Positions 46,175 to 58,780 of a stretch of DNA of 64,000 bases are shown here, one piece after another. Made by a program: the position numbers and the translations under genes. The stretch spans positions 15,314,001 through 15,378,000 of the forward strand of contig JBHGNT010000014.1 in assembly GCA_043228905.1 (NCBI GenBank), given 5' to 3'. The number at the start of each line of letters is the position of its first letter. Position 1 is the first letter of the stretch. The stretch comes from Azolla caroliniana. Taxonomy: Eukaryota > Plantae > Polypodiophyta. The notes beneath the pieces were generated by a model. The model was not told where the DNA came from, made no database searches, and was given only the letters and a program-made list of their open reading frames with translations.

Positions 46175-48400
46175 TCATATAGACTTGTTCTTCAAGATCG
46201 CCTTGAAGAAACACATTCTTCATGTCCATCTGGTGAAGATGCCATCCCATTTCCGCAACAACTGTCAGCATCACACGAGCCATCGTCATCTTCGCTACCA
46301 GAGCGAAGGTCTCGTTGTAGGCGATTCTATGGGTCTGTGCATATCCTTTCGCCACTAGTCGGGCCTTGTACCGGTTGACCGTATCGTCGGCATTATATTT
46401 TACCTTGTATACCCACTTGCAATCGATCGGTTTACAGTGTCGAGGAGGGTCAACCAGGTCCCATGTGTCGTTGGCATCGATTGTCCGCATTTCTTCCTCC
46501 ATCGCGGCATGCCAGTTCGCATATTTCGCCGCTTCTACATAGCTCTCTGGCTCACGCACTTCTGCCACTTTCGTCATGTATGCATAGTGATGCACCATGT
46601 ACTCATTATACCCATACCACTTCACAAGATTATTTTGGTGAGTCGATCGACGTAACTTCTCGTTAGCCGATTTAAGGACCCTCTTGGCCAACTCGGACTT
46701 CTTCTCCGAAGATCCGTCTTCGTTCTTTCCGGAGTCGGATTCGATCCGATCCGACTCGTCCCTATCGGTGTCATATTCTGACATCTTCTTCTTCCCCTTC
46801 TCTTTGCGTGTGAACCGTCTCCTTGGTTCCTTGCGCGGGGAGTGCACGACCGAGTCCTCACCGCTCACCGGATCTTCATCCGACTGGTCATTCCAACTCA
46901 GTCTTTCATTCGACCCACTCAGCCGGAATGAAATCAGACTCTCTTCCAAAGTGTTGAAGTCTTCTTCTTCTTCTTCTTCTTCTTCTTCTTCTTCTTCTTC
47001 TTCTTCTAGCCGGATCAATTCGGGCTCACTGGCCTCATCTTCGGTGATCAGGTGGTCAGAGTTGTCAGGGGTCGAAGTCAGAGTCAGAGTCAGTAAGGTG
47101 TACCACGATGCCAACTCATCGAATTGGACATCTCGGCTCACTCGAACTTCCTTTGTCTGGGGGTTTTAGCACTTGTACCCCTTATGCTCATGAGAGTAGC
47201 TGACCAATATGCACTTCTCCAACTTCGGGTCCAACTTTCTCTGCTTCTCATCCGGTACATGCACATAGGCTATGCTACCGAATATCCTCAGGTGTCGTAA
47301 ATTCGGCTTCCGCCCGAAATACAGGTTGTGTGTTGACACATTCTCACCGATCCGATTTTGGATGTATACGGCCATCCAGCCCACGTCGGCCCAGTAGAAC
47401 TGACCAGTTCTTCCTCTCAGTTATGCCGTTTTGTTTTGGCATATATCTCCAACTGAATTCTCGCCGAATTCCATTTTATTGCAGATAACTATTGAATTGG
47501 CCGGAAAAATACTCTTTCTCGCCATCCGACCATAGGCACTTGATCTTCCTTTCAATTTCCCATTCGACGAGACTTTGTAGATTCCGGAAACAGTAAAAAA
47601 CTTCACTTTTCTTTTCGATGAGGTAGATCCACGTGTGTCTATTGTATTCGTTGATGAAGGAGACAAAATATTGACTCCCGCCAAGACTAACATTTTGTGT
47701 TGGTCCCCATACATCCGAATGTATCAGGCTGAGCTTGTTCCAGCTCCAGTTTCGCTCGTTGGGGAATGGAAGTCGATGTTGCTTCCCTAGCTAGCAAGCT
47801 TCACAAATTCGGGCCTTCTGGCCACTAGATTTCGGCAATCCGAAAACCACCTATTAGCAAATCTTAGAGCCGCTGATAATTGACATGATTGATCAGCTTG
47901 TGCCATAAGTCGATATCCGACTCGACCTTTTGTCCCTTTGCAAATAAAGCGGTGCCGACGTCATTAGTGTTGAGGATGAACATCCTCCCGTCTCGGCGCC
48001 TTGCGCGATGATCTGGCCCTCTTCCTCGATGAAGCACCCAAGATGTGTGAATCAAACTTGCATTCCTTGGTCGACAATCTGCCCAACCAACAACAAGTTC
48101 TTTGTGATTGTCGTGACATGCAACACGTTCATGAATTTTCCTTTTTGTCTAACATGGCTTAAGGGAACTTCACCGACATGTTCGATCGGGTGTGGAGTGT
48201 CATCTCCGGTTTCAACCACCCCCGGTTGCTCTGGTTTCTCCAGATACGAGAACCACTCTTCATGGCTCGTTATATGGTTCGACGGCCCGGAGTCAACATA
48301 CCACACTTCTTCCGACTTTGAGGTGGTCTTATTCATCGAGTTCGCCTTGTGCTTCATCACGAAGGTTGGTCCTCTATGCTTGATGTTATGCTATATGGAG
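46175..48400 (-). pseudogene. Decayed copia PR-INT-RT fragment related to the element at 22207
   Basis: [45 protein letters not shown] and QMDMKNVFLQG, with many stops. Confidence 0.85.
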
Positions 48401-48479
48401 CACATAGAGTTGGTCGGAAGAGGCTAGAGAGAGAATCAGTCGAGCTATTGTTTGTTGGCTACATCATAAAATCTATATG

Positions 48480-48790
48480 GCCCCACATTAGAAGTAATAT
48501 TGAGTGAGGAAGAGTGGTGCATATTTATCACAAGAGCTTGGAAAACTACATAACAAAATGTAAGTACAATGAATGCAAAAGATATATGTGGGTTGAAGTA
48601 ACATACTTTATGCGGCACATTGTTACATTCCTCACAAAGAACCCAACTATTATAATTTATATAAGCTACATCAAGATTATCCTTTTTCCTTTGTATATGT
48701 TGATATTCTTACATATGAGAATATTGGAAAAATATTGGTTGTGGGAGATTTTAATGCTAGAGTTGGAACTTAACATAATGTGGAAGTTGA
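48480..48790 (+). pseudogene. LINE endonuclease (APE) fragment
   Basis: Reading frame ...GKILVVGDFNARVGT near 48725-48772. Confidence 0.55.
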
Positions 48791-49269
48791 TGATAATGTA
48801 ATGGTGTCAGTTTTGAGGTGTGATTCAAAAGATAGTCTTTCATCAAATCATGGTAGGTGCCAAACAAGAATAGAGCCCTGAACCTTCGATGCCATAACCA
48901 AGTCTAATAAACAATGCATCTCAATATATCATGTGGTTATCACTTGTACATTTAGATAGTTTTGCCATTCTAGAAATCTCTCGAAAGTAGAAGGTTCTGG
49001 AGAGTGTATACATATTTTCAAATTATTCTTTGCGTACATGTAGTTCTTAGGAACATGTGTCCAATTCCTCTTGATCCCAATCAAGGTGAACAACACTAGT
49101 TACGAAATCATATGTACAATTCATTCTTTCTCTCTCAATATCTAGTCTCTTGCCTCACATTCCTTGTCTCATTTATGCTCTACTCTAGCTATCTTGATAG
49201 ATTGTTCACCTTCCCCTTCCTAATCATCATCTATCCAACTCCACAAGTACCTCAATCAGATAATGACAA

Positions 49270-50660
49270 CCTTGCAATAACTCTAGAGAAAAAATGAGAA
49301 CCTTTAGGAATCATTGCAAAAACTTCAGGTAATCAAGCCCTAATGTTTTGTAGCCACGAGAAAAATTTAATGGCACAAAAATGCGTTATCGAGTATTTAT
49401 CTATAAGATCCAACTTATCATTCAACTACATCCCTAATGCTATTATGATGATTTTCATTGAGTTTGTCTCGTTTCACTATTCTCTCAGGTCCAATGCAGG
49501 CCTAATTTGCACTTCTAGTTGAAACATCACCATCTCTTCTACAAGACGTTCATGCTTTCCTTGTGTAGCTTGAATGAACATTCAGGAATACATATTGGCA
49601 ACAAACGACCCTCAACAAACTCTATTAATTACTCTAAGGTATACAAGATATCTTTGTTTATGCTTCTGAGTTTCAGCAACTTGTATATGATGTTCATTGG
49701 AATGACCAAGCTTTGTGCAAACACTTTCGTTGGGGACTCTAAAGTGAAATCAAGAATGTTGTGTTGAACATTTTGGAGCCCATGTCCTTGTCGCAAGAAA
49801 TTTTTTGAGGCAATCGCCTTTATGAACTTCATTAAGAAGAGCATGTGACAAAGGGTCACCTACCTCATTGAGTTCATTGCATTCCAAGGTAACTGATACT
49901 CACATCCTAATGGAGATTGATTGAGGTCAATCCAAGCCTCTTATTGATGCACAATATCAATATCAATGACGAAATGGACTACGCCTCTATTGTGGTGACT
50001 CTAACCATTGTATTTGCTACTGCCCAACAAAGGGTACTCGACGAAAAAATTATCAAAGAAACACAATTCAAAGCTCTTACCCATAGGAAAATGACAATGT
50101 CTACCTACAATAGGAGCCATGTAATAAGACTACTCTTAGTATCCACCTTTATTGTGCTCCCACCATTTGCCTACATTTCCTAGAATTTTTTCATTCAAGT
50201 TACATCTTTGTTTTGGAAACTAGCCGTACTAGATTTATCAAGGAAACACAATTCAAAGCTCTCACCCATAGGAAAACGACAATTTCTACCTACAATAGGA
50301 GCCATGTAACAAGACTACTCTTAGTATCCACCGTTATTGTGCTCGCACCATTTGCCTACAATTCCTTGAAGTTTTTCATTCAAGTTACATCTTTGTTTTG
50401 GACACTAGCCGTACTAGATTTTGGATCAACGATTTATTTCATTGACATAGCCTTTGTCTGAAAACATAAAATCCCGATTTTCCGAATTTTGAAACCAATA
50501 TTGATCGAAACTGTCAATGGGTCCTTCAAATATGTCTCCACCAAGAGGAACTTATCTTTTTATCTCATTTCCTCACCCCGACATCCAATCATCCTTGGGC
50601 TTATGGTTGGAGATGCACAATGTAATAATGGATTGTTCTAGCCACTCCATCACCTTTAGC
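49270..50660 (+). pseudogene. Heavily decayed chromovirus-type gag/protease remnant
   Basis: LSFYLISSPRHPIILGL.WLEMHN resembles the protease at 28400-28520. The remainder is weak. Confidence 0.4.
50051..50420. repeat. About 185-bp tandem duplication
   Basis: tatcaa.gaaacacaattcaaagctc...actagccgtactagatt occurs twice head-to-tail. Confidence 0.85.
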
Positions 50661-51017
50661 TAGTCAAATATGAGAAAATAATGGACGTATTCGCACTGTC
50701 CCATTGGACATACTAGGATTAGGCTATTTATGGAAATAGTGGAAAGGGCAATTGCCCTAAGTCAGTTGGTATTTAAATAATTTGGCCTTTGTAACCTAGT
50801 TTAAGGTTGTTGTTCATTGTTGTATATATCCATATTATAACTTTAAGAGTAATAATATAGTTACATTGTCTTGTGCTTAACTCTGTTATCTTCTCTCTCT
50901 GCACTTGCTCTCTTGATCTTGTTTCTTGTTATTGTTGCCTCCATTGATCTTGTAGCTTTATTCTTCATGACTTTGTTCATCACCAAACAAAGTTCCTCAT
51001 AGGAGAAGTGTTGGTTT

Positions 51018-51352
51018 TGTTGGGAAAACAGGTCCCCCTGGATGGGAAGAGCACGAGCCAAATGGAATGGGGTCAATAAGTAAACTCGGTCGAGGCCGAA
51101 AATCGATTTCTGAAAAATTGACTAATCGACAATCGATTGTTAATCGATTTGGTTATTAGTTGAATCGGTCAAAGTCGATTCGGGAGGGGGGAGGCTATAA
51201 TTGTAAATAGTTAAATTTGCCCTTAGTGGGCCATAGTTGTACATAGCCCATATTGTATATAAGTATAAATATACTTAGGGAAAGTAGTTAGAATATAGAG
51301 AATCATCATTATTCTTGTTCAATAGTTACAGTTGCTTGTTGCCACAGTAACT

Positions 51353-51411
<59 letters not shown>

Positions 51412-51650
51412 TGAGAGTGAGAGTTGTAACTCTGTCGCCATCTGTCAGACAAAGGAGAGCCCAAGGTCATTGCCTTGAAGCTTTTCATTGTACTCCTCCT
51501 ACCTTAGTCATGTTGTTCAGAGTTTGTGCACTCCTGTAGTTTTTTCCCTTTCTTTGTATTGTCTGTTTTTCTATTTCCTGTCATTCTCGATCTTTGCACC
51601 CACATATTCGTATATGTGTTCACCGGTTGTGGTCGAGTCGATTCTCAACA
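51018..51650 (+). mobile_element. Solo LTR, Tork-related
   Basis: TGTTGGGAAAACAGGTCCC...CTCAACA with TSD GGTTT at 51013-51017 and 51651-51655. Contains (GT)n(GA)n. Confidence 0.88.
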
Positions 51651-54600
51651 GGTTTTGTTCTACATCTTGACAACCGCTTCCAACATCTAGTATCGAACTT
51701 GGCGTTTTTTTTAATTCTATAGTTGGTCGTCTTCTTGTCCTCATCAACAATTCCTCTCTGATATCCCTTGAAGGTCTTCTGGCTGATTTTGTTTGATAGA
51801 ACAGACTCTGAGATTCTAGTCTGTCTAAAATCTCCTGTCTGACAACTTCTATAAGCTCATTCTCCTTGAGAAGAAACACTTGGAAAACCGGCACTTCGTT
51901 GTACTAAATCACTCTTGAAGTAGGCTAACCGGTTGCACTTCACCTTTGTGATTGTAGCTGCTCGAAGTGAGTTCTTTCCATATCTGACCGTAAATCATGC
52001 TTCATCAAGTTAGATAGCAATCCGTTAGGCCATCCAGCACTGTCCACCTACTCGTTGTAACTACTCGAAGCAATTTTGGTCCCAGGAACAACCCCCATCC
52101 GTGCCTCATTCGGCTAGACGACATTCGAAAAGACCAATCAGATTTGTTCCTCTCGTCATTCTTAATGCAAGGATATGTTTTCTTTTAATAAATAAAAAAG
52201 AAGAAGAAGTTTAAAGCCTATTATATACATATGCATTGTGAACCTTTGTGATTCTAGTCTATAGACTATACAAAACTTTTATATGCAACCAAGGAGCCCT
52301 ATATTTTGTCAATCCATTATGAGCAAGCCTTCTTTTATACGAATACACAAAAGATGGCTTACTCATAATGGAAAGAAAAAATACAATAATGTCAAACACA
52401 TCTTGAGTCTATTAGGAGCATGCCTTCTTTTCTGAGAATAAAAACAAGATGACTTGCATATTATTGTTTGACATTATCATATCACGATGGCAAGTTGTGT
52501 GCATCAACCTCTAAGGAAGAAGGATGTTTGACTCGATGTATGGTTACACCAAACACTAATATTGATAATGACAAAGATGAGCATTTCATTGAAGTCGTGA
52601 TCATAATGAAGATAATGAAGTCCTCACAAATAATGTATATGAGGTTGATGGAAGTGAGGATGACTCGATTTGAGGAAAGCACTAGTGACATAGATTTAGA
52701 GATTCTTGTTGAAATTACCAAGGAGTGATATGATTTAAACAAGGACAATGAAGACATCAATACCTTTATTGATAAATTTGAAAGACATACAATGTAGAAA
52801 AATAGGAATATTGAGAAGGCTAATATGCAGACACGTAAGTTTATATATATTTGTCAATGTATGCGAAGGATTGTATGTGTATGTCTAGACGTATTTCAAT
52901 GAAACCCTAAACCTAGACAAAGAGGACGAGAGCTCAATATATCACAAGGAAGGGGGTGGGGGAGTGCTCTATTTTCAATTGATGGCAAGGAGTAGCTTTT
53001 CTATACGTGCAAAAAAAAGGAATTTTAAATCCCCATTCTTATACACACACGTATTAAAAATGTGATATGTTTAAGAAATTATATGAAGTTTTTGCAAGCA
53101 ACACGAATCGTTTTTGCAGATCAAGAAAGGATGTTGACATTAACAAACCACAAGGTGCAAGTGTCACAATCTCATGCATGGTGAGAAGGGGGGGGGGAGA
53201 GTTTTTTACGTCCAATCTTTGAGACTTGGCCTAGTTGTCCATGGTGAGTATCGAACTTATGTTCTCTTGGTTGCTACAATATAAAACACCAAGTTGATAG
53301 CCACGCACACACAAAAAGAGAGAAAAAAATGGAAAGGTGATACATTTAGGTCTCAAACCCAAGCCTTAGAGCCAATAATATAACACCTTACCATTGAGAT
53401 AACCCAAAGAGGTGAGAAAATTGCATCTTGAACCCAAGAATTAGAGTTAGTAGTTTAGTTTGTAAGGTTGCCTAATGGAGACTAGAAGGTCATGAGTTGA
53501 GCCTATATGGATTTAGCTTAGTTGGTTGGGTTGCCAATGGAGAATATGCATGGAACAATAGAGAGATGAGAAATTTGGGGCTCGAACCAATACTAGAGCT
53601 AATAATTGAACAATTTAATTTTACAATATATTTAATGGTCAGAAATATGAGAAAAAATATATAACATTTTCACATAATCAAGTGAAAGTAAGTAGCTTTC
53701 TTAATGCCCAAGAACTTTATCGGTGAACATCATAATTGAGAATGTGCATTGTGAATGTGAGAGAAATTCATGGAAGGGTTCGGCTAAGTTGAAGATGTAT
53801 GAAAAGCTTAATAAAATCTAATCAAAGGCAAAGCATTGTATCAAAGTGGGATACTCAAACTCCCATAGTAGTTTATGGCAATGTACATTCGTCAATCATT
53901 CTAATCATTTATGAACCAATGCCCTGTCTCACATCGTAATGAGTTGATCTAAGTTGCATGGAAGCAATGGTTAGGATGACAGTCAACCAGATGGCCTCTA
54001 ACATGTATCAACGAGTGTCGTTTCCCCATTCGGTAAGAACATGGTTTTAAAACTTCCACATTTTTCTCATGTCATGATATATTATCTTGCAAAAATGCCT
54101 CATGACAAATGAATATATAGATGCATCATGAAGCAAGTATGTCGCATCCCATTTTCTAAACTATTTTTCCATACATTTTATCCAATTGGGACATAAATTT
54201 TTGTTTTCATGTGTGGGGCTTTATTTACCCTAAACATGTAGTTCGACAACCCTTTCCATGGGCATGATCTCAAGAGGTATGAGGGTGTTTCTTGACTTGG
54301 AGAAACTTTGTAAGGAAATGTTTTTAGACATTTTTCAAGTCTTTCCTAATGGACTTAGGGATGCTACCTCCGATGCTTCTACCTCAAAGAGACGCACTAG
54401 TGCCACTAAAGCGTTGAAAAAGTATTTCTTGAGAGAGTGTTTGTGTGTGCATGTGTGTGTCCAATACTTCACTGAGAATGAGGGTATAAGACATGGGAGA
54501 GCAACAATTAATGATCGTGATGACGATTATTGAACAAATGTATTCCACTAAAGATTCCTCACTCTTCCTGTGTTCAACACTTGGTTGTCTCATGACATTA

Positions 54601-55133
54601 AGCACTCTCATTGTTTGTATGGAAATCATCGTCTAGTGTAGAGCATTGTAATTCTTTGCAAAAAGAGTTGCTCATGTCTTCTTAGTTTTTATGATCTCAT
54701 GGAAAGGAGATATTGTGCTCTTAGTTTAATTACTTGTTTTGTTTGGGAGTTAAAGAGGCAAGAGGTTTAGTTGAGGCACGATCTCAAAGAATTTTGGAGT
54801 TTGTTGAGGTGCAACGATAACCCAAAGATGGGGTATCTTGCAACAACTACAAACATATAACATTGATGCATGTTCTTTATCGGTACAATAAGAGCAACCA
54901 TGGGTTGATTGGTGTTTACGAGTCAAATGCCATTTTTTACAATGACTTATACCAATCTCTTGTATCATTGCTCCGTTGAGTCTCTTCAAATTGTTATCAT
55001 TTAAGGCTAAACAAAAATGGAAGGTACATAACTTTGATTATGAATTATGACATATATTGATACGTAGTTGGCGTTCTAAATTGCCACTTGTATCAAAGGT
55101 CTCAATTTGGAGAGTATTGATTGGGGGTTCGCC

Positions 55134-55549
55134 TAACAATCGGCAGCAGTTCGGTTCAGTTCAGTTTGAGAGTGTCAAAACTCAATTGTTTAAAATTTTT
55201 GAAACTTGAACCAAACCAAACCACGAAACCGTTAAATCGAACCATTAAAAAAATTCAAACCGTCAAACCATTAAACCGTAAAAACCGTTGGTCGGTTTCA
55301 ATTTTCAACTTAGGTCAAAATTCAATTTTTTAATTTTCAAAATTTTCATTATTTTGAATTTTAACTTTTCAAAATTTTAAAGATTTTCCTAAAATGTGAG
55401 AATAAGGCTGGAAAATGAAAATATTGTTTTAAAAATAATTTAATTTAATTTTTTAAAACCGTTTAAACCACGGTTTCTATTGTTGAAACCAAACTGAAAC
55501 CGAATTGAACCGTTTAGGCCGTTAAGCCGCAAACCATTGTCGGCTGTTA
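55134..55549. mobile_element. hAT-type MITE
   Basis: Imperfect TIRs TAACAATCGGCA and TGTCGGCTGTTA. Perfect 8-bp TSD GGTTCGCC at 55126-55133 and 55550-55557. AAACCG subterminal motifs. Confidence 0.85.
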
Positions 55550-56103
55550 GGTTCGCCTTTAAGATTAGTCTAACTCGACGTGGATTCAAAACAAGCAATT
55601 ATTTCTTTTGCATTGTTCAAATGGAAGATAATACTCACCATTTCATACAATGTAAGATTTTTTGTCAGATTTTGAGTTACATTCCTCAAATTTGACGAGA
55701 TAGTGGGTGTTTGCACAATTCACATAAGCTGACCTAAAATAAGAGATGAAGACCGTTATCCTATTTCTGGGATATTAGGGAATTGTGTCAATAACGCTTT
55801 TGTATTTGATGGTAGGGATGGAATCAAAGCATATCTTCGAAAGTGGAAGGGAACACTGATATGACAATTTTCTTTATCAGAGACAAAGTAGAAATCCTTT
55901 CTTCAATGAAGAAATTCTCTCGTCGATCACGTCTTACCTATGGGTTGGCTAACCCAAGGAGACTTCAATCAACTAGGACGACACCTCATTCGAATTCACA
56001 AGGATATAGGTTATTTCACATGGTGTAATTAGGTACTCCCTGAGAAGACACGTTCGACCTTCAACCATGCACGCTTTTTACAACAACATGCTCTTCCTTT
56101 CTT

Positions 56104-56238
56104 AGTTACTTCTTGCTCTCCTTTTAGTTTACCTACCACGGTTCCAGAGTGGATATAGTCCCCACCAGACATGCGTAATGCTTTGGCTAACATGCAGGAA
56201 TGTATACCATGACTTCTTTGTCTATCGATGACAACATG
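56104..56238 (-). pseudogene. rbcL: Nuclear plastid DNA insertion: rbcL fragment
   Basis: [45 protein letters not shown] versus RuBisCO large-subunit [39 protein letters not shown]. Confidence 0.9.
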
Positions 56239-56547
56239 TCCCAAACTTCTTTAAACATATCCCTATCCCCGAGCAATTCAACATGTCCCCACTACTCATG
56301 TAGTGATGGCTAGGAGTCGGCAATGGCTTGACTCAAGCTTGAACGGAGTCGTTAAACCGTCTTTTAACGATTTGGTGGTTCGGTTCGATGACAACATGTC
56401 CCAAACTTCTTTAAACATATCCCTATCCCCGAGCAATTCAACATGTCCCCACTACTCATGTAGTAGTGATGGCTAGGAGTCGGCAATGGCTTGGCTCAAG
56501 CCTGAACGGTGTCGTTAAACCGTCTTTTAACGGTTTGGTGGTTCGGT
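56225..56547. repeat. 160-bp tandem duplication including a one-ended hAT MITE terminus
   Basis: Units start at 56225 and 56385. Both contain TAGGAGTCGGCAATGGCTT, similar to the TIR at 5121. Confidence 0.85.
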
Positions 56548-58006
56548 TCGGTTCGGTTCAGGCTGCAACCTACTTAACCGGTTTGAGCTCGGGTTGGCAA
56601 GGTTCAAGCTGAACCAAACCGGTTCCAGAAAAGAAGAAGAGAAAGAGTTCAATCAAATCATGATTTCCTATGAAATGATATAATATCAGTTAGCTAGATA
56701 CCTGTTGTTAGCCATGGCATATAAGTAAAGCAGGCTCAGGCTATGGAGGAATTGACCCCTGTTCAGACACAGTCTTAAGACACCTGCTCTCCCTCTCTCT
56801 GTTTCCCCTCTGTTTTTGGAGACCCAAAAAGGTCCTGATTCTTTTGGGAGAAGAATGCTGATGATGATGCGCGCCCTCCTTCATCCCCCCCACATCCATC
56901 GCTTGCCCATGAACAGAACCACTCAGGTTTGTAATAACCACGTTTTCTTTGAATCCATGGATAACCTCTTCTAGCGATCAAGCAAACAGAACAGTAGTGG
57001 GCCTTTTTTCTTCAGCCTTCTGTTAGAGTTTCTGAATCTGGCCTGATGTTTCTTTTCTTTTCTTTCTTTCTTTTCTTTCTTTCCTTTTGAAACCCGGTTT
57101 CCTGCTTCACAAGAAATGGCGTTTTCTTTAGACTCTGGTTACATTGTATGAATTTATGGTTTATCCCGATTTATTTATTTTTCTGCTTCAAGAAAAGGGC
57201 TGATTATTTACATTTTTGTTGTCGTTTCCAAATCTACTGTTAATAAAGATGTTTTCAACAAATAAAAATGATGGTTCTATATATTTATTCGTACCTTGCC
57301 TATACAATTTGTGAAACCGAATCCTAGTCTTGGATTGGTCCTGATGTTTTTTTCTGCTTAAAAGAAGCATTTGTTTTTAGACTTTTGTTAGAGTCTTGTA
57401 ATTAGCTCTAGAATCTAGATTCATTGGCTCAATGGAATTTTCTTTGAATCAGTAAACATGTTGATTAATCCTAGATTCACAAACTATTAAATGTCTACGA
57501 AAATTCATTTGCGTTGGAAGCAGAAAGCATCTTGATTGAAATAAGGTTCGCAGACTGTATTGATAATCTGAAGAAAATGCATAAAAAACAATCATCTTTA
57601 CGGTTTATATATTTATACTTGTTTGGCTCAAAACATTCTTCTTAACAAAAATCTAAAGAAAATGTCATTTTCTTTGTGGCAGAAAACAGAATTGTAAAGG
57701 GAGAGGCCTTCTCTGGAGTAGACTACGTTATTGATTAGCTCTAGATTCAAGATGTTTCTTCCTCATAAATGAATTCAAAGAACTTTTTCTTAAGACTTTT
57801 GTTGAAGTTTGTGAATCTAGGTTAACTAAGGTGTTCTCCCCATGGATCTTCATAAGACACTTGTTACTCGTAAATCTAGGTTCAATCAAGATGTTTAACA
57901 TGTGAACTTTAGGGTGAATAAATATGTTTTTGCTTCAAAGTAAAGGCCTTCTTTTTTCAGATTCTTTATGCTCCTGTTACAGTTTGTGAATTTAGGGCTA
58001 ATCAAG

Positions 58007-58780
58007 ATGTTTTCTGCATCTACCAACACACCCTCCCAAGTATCAGACAATCATCTGATTGTCTGTAAAGAGCTGTCTCAAGGAAAGCTTCTTGAGCTTC
58101 AATACGCAAAGCAGCCATCTAAAGATTTCTGCACCTTTATGGAAAGCACCCCAGAACCAGAGGTAGTGGCCTTCTTCAGAGGCATTGTAATTGAAGTGGA
58201 GGAAGCTCGGAAGATTCGAGACTTTCATATGAAAATTGTGGATGAAGAGGATAAATTCAGAGTCAAAATCTTCTATGGAGCTGAGAAATCAGGACCTGTA
58301 ATGTTGCCTTTAGAAGATTGCATATCGTGCTATCCAAATGCACTTCTTTTTGCTTCTGAAGGATGTAGCTTGAAAGCACAAGACTGCATTTTAGAAGAAT
58401 ATTGTGATCAACCAAATGCTGTATGTAGATTGGATGCAAAAGGGAGGAGTGGTTTTGTTATTACACCTGTACGGCATGTGGAGAGGATGTCAGACTTGAA
58501 TGACAAGGAGCTTTTTGACTTGTGGAGCTTGTCTGTAAGAGCTCTGCAAAATGCAAAGCTTCCATTTACCAGCATGATATTAAACCATGGAACCTATCGT
58601 AACCTTGAGCATTTGCATCTCAAGGTATGGGTGGATGAAGCTATGTATGAGGAGTATTCTAGGAAATGGACTAGATCAAGGCAAGAGTTGTGGAAGCAGT
58701 TGCAACAGCTCAGCATTCAAAGAAAAGAACTGAAGAAGAAGCAGAAACAGAAGCAGAAGAAGTTTCCTTCAGGCGATTGA
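58007..58780 (+). CDS. Atypical HIT (histidine triad)-fold protein, single coding exon
   Basis: CISC...FVITPVRHVERMSDLNDKELFDLW...NHGTYRNLEHLHLKVW, ending in a Lys-rich tail. Probable 5'UTR intron between donor cag/gtttgt (about 56926) and acceptor ttacag (57982), which makes ATG 58007 the likely start. Confidence 0.75.
   Translation: MFSASTNTPSQVSDNHLIVCKELSQGKLLELQYAKQPSKDFCTFMESTPEPEVVAFFRGIVIEVEEARKIRDFHMKIVDEEDKFRVKIFYGAEKSGPVMLPLEDCISCYPNALLFASEGCSLKAQDCILEEYCDQPNAVCRLDAKGRSGFVITPVRHVERMSDLNDKELFDLWSLSVRALQNAKLPFTSMILNHGTYRNLEHLHLKVWVDEAMYEEYSRKWTRSRQELWKQLQQLSIQRKELKKKQKQKQKKFPSGD

Noticed and set aside
46958-47008. Poly-Glu tract in a copia ORF
   Set aside because: It is a simple (TTC)n microsatellite expansion in a dead element's linker.
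52200-55000. Possible decayed DNA transposase (MULE/CACTA) in AT-rich DNA
   Set aside because: Only short ORFs are present, with no diagnostic motif or termini that I could confirm.
56029-56244. Functional RuBisCO gene
   Set aside because: Only about 45 codons match, with substitutions at conserved residues.
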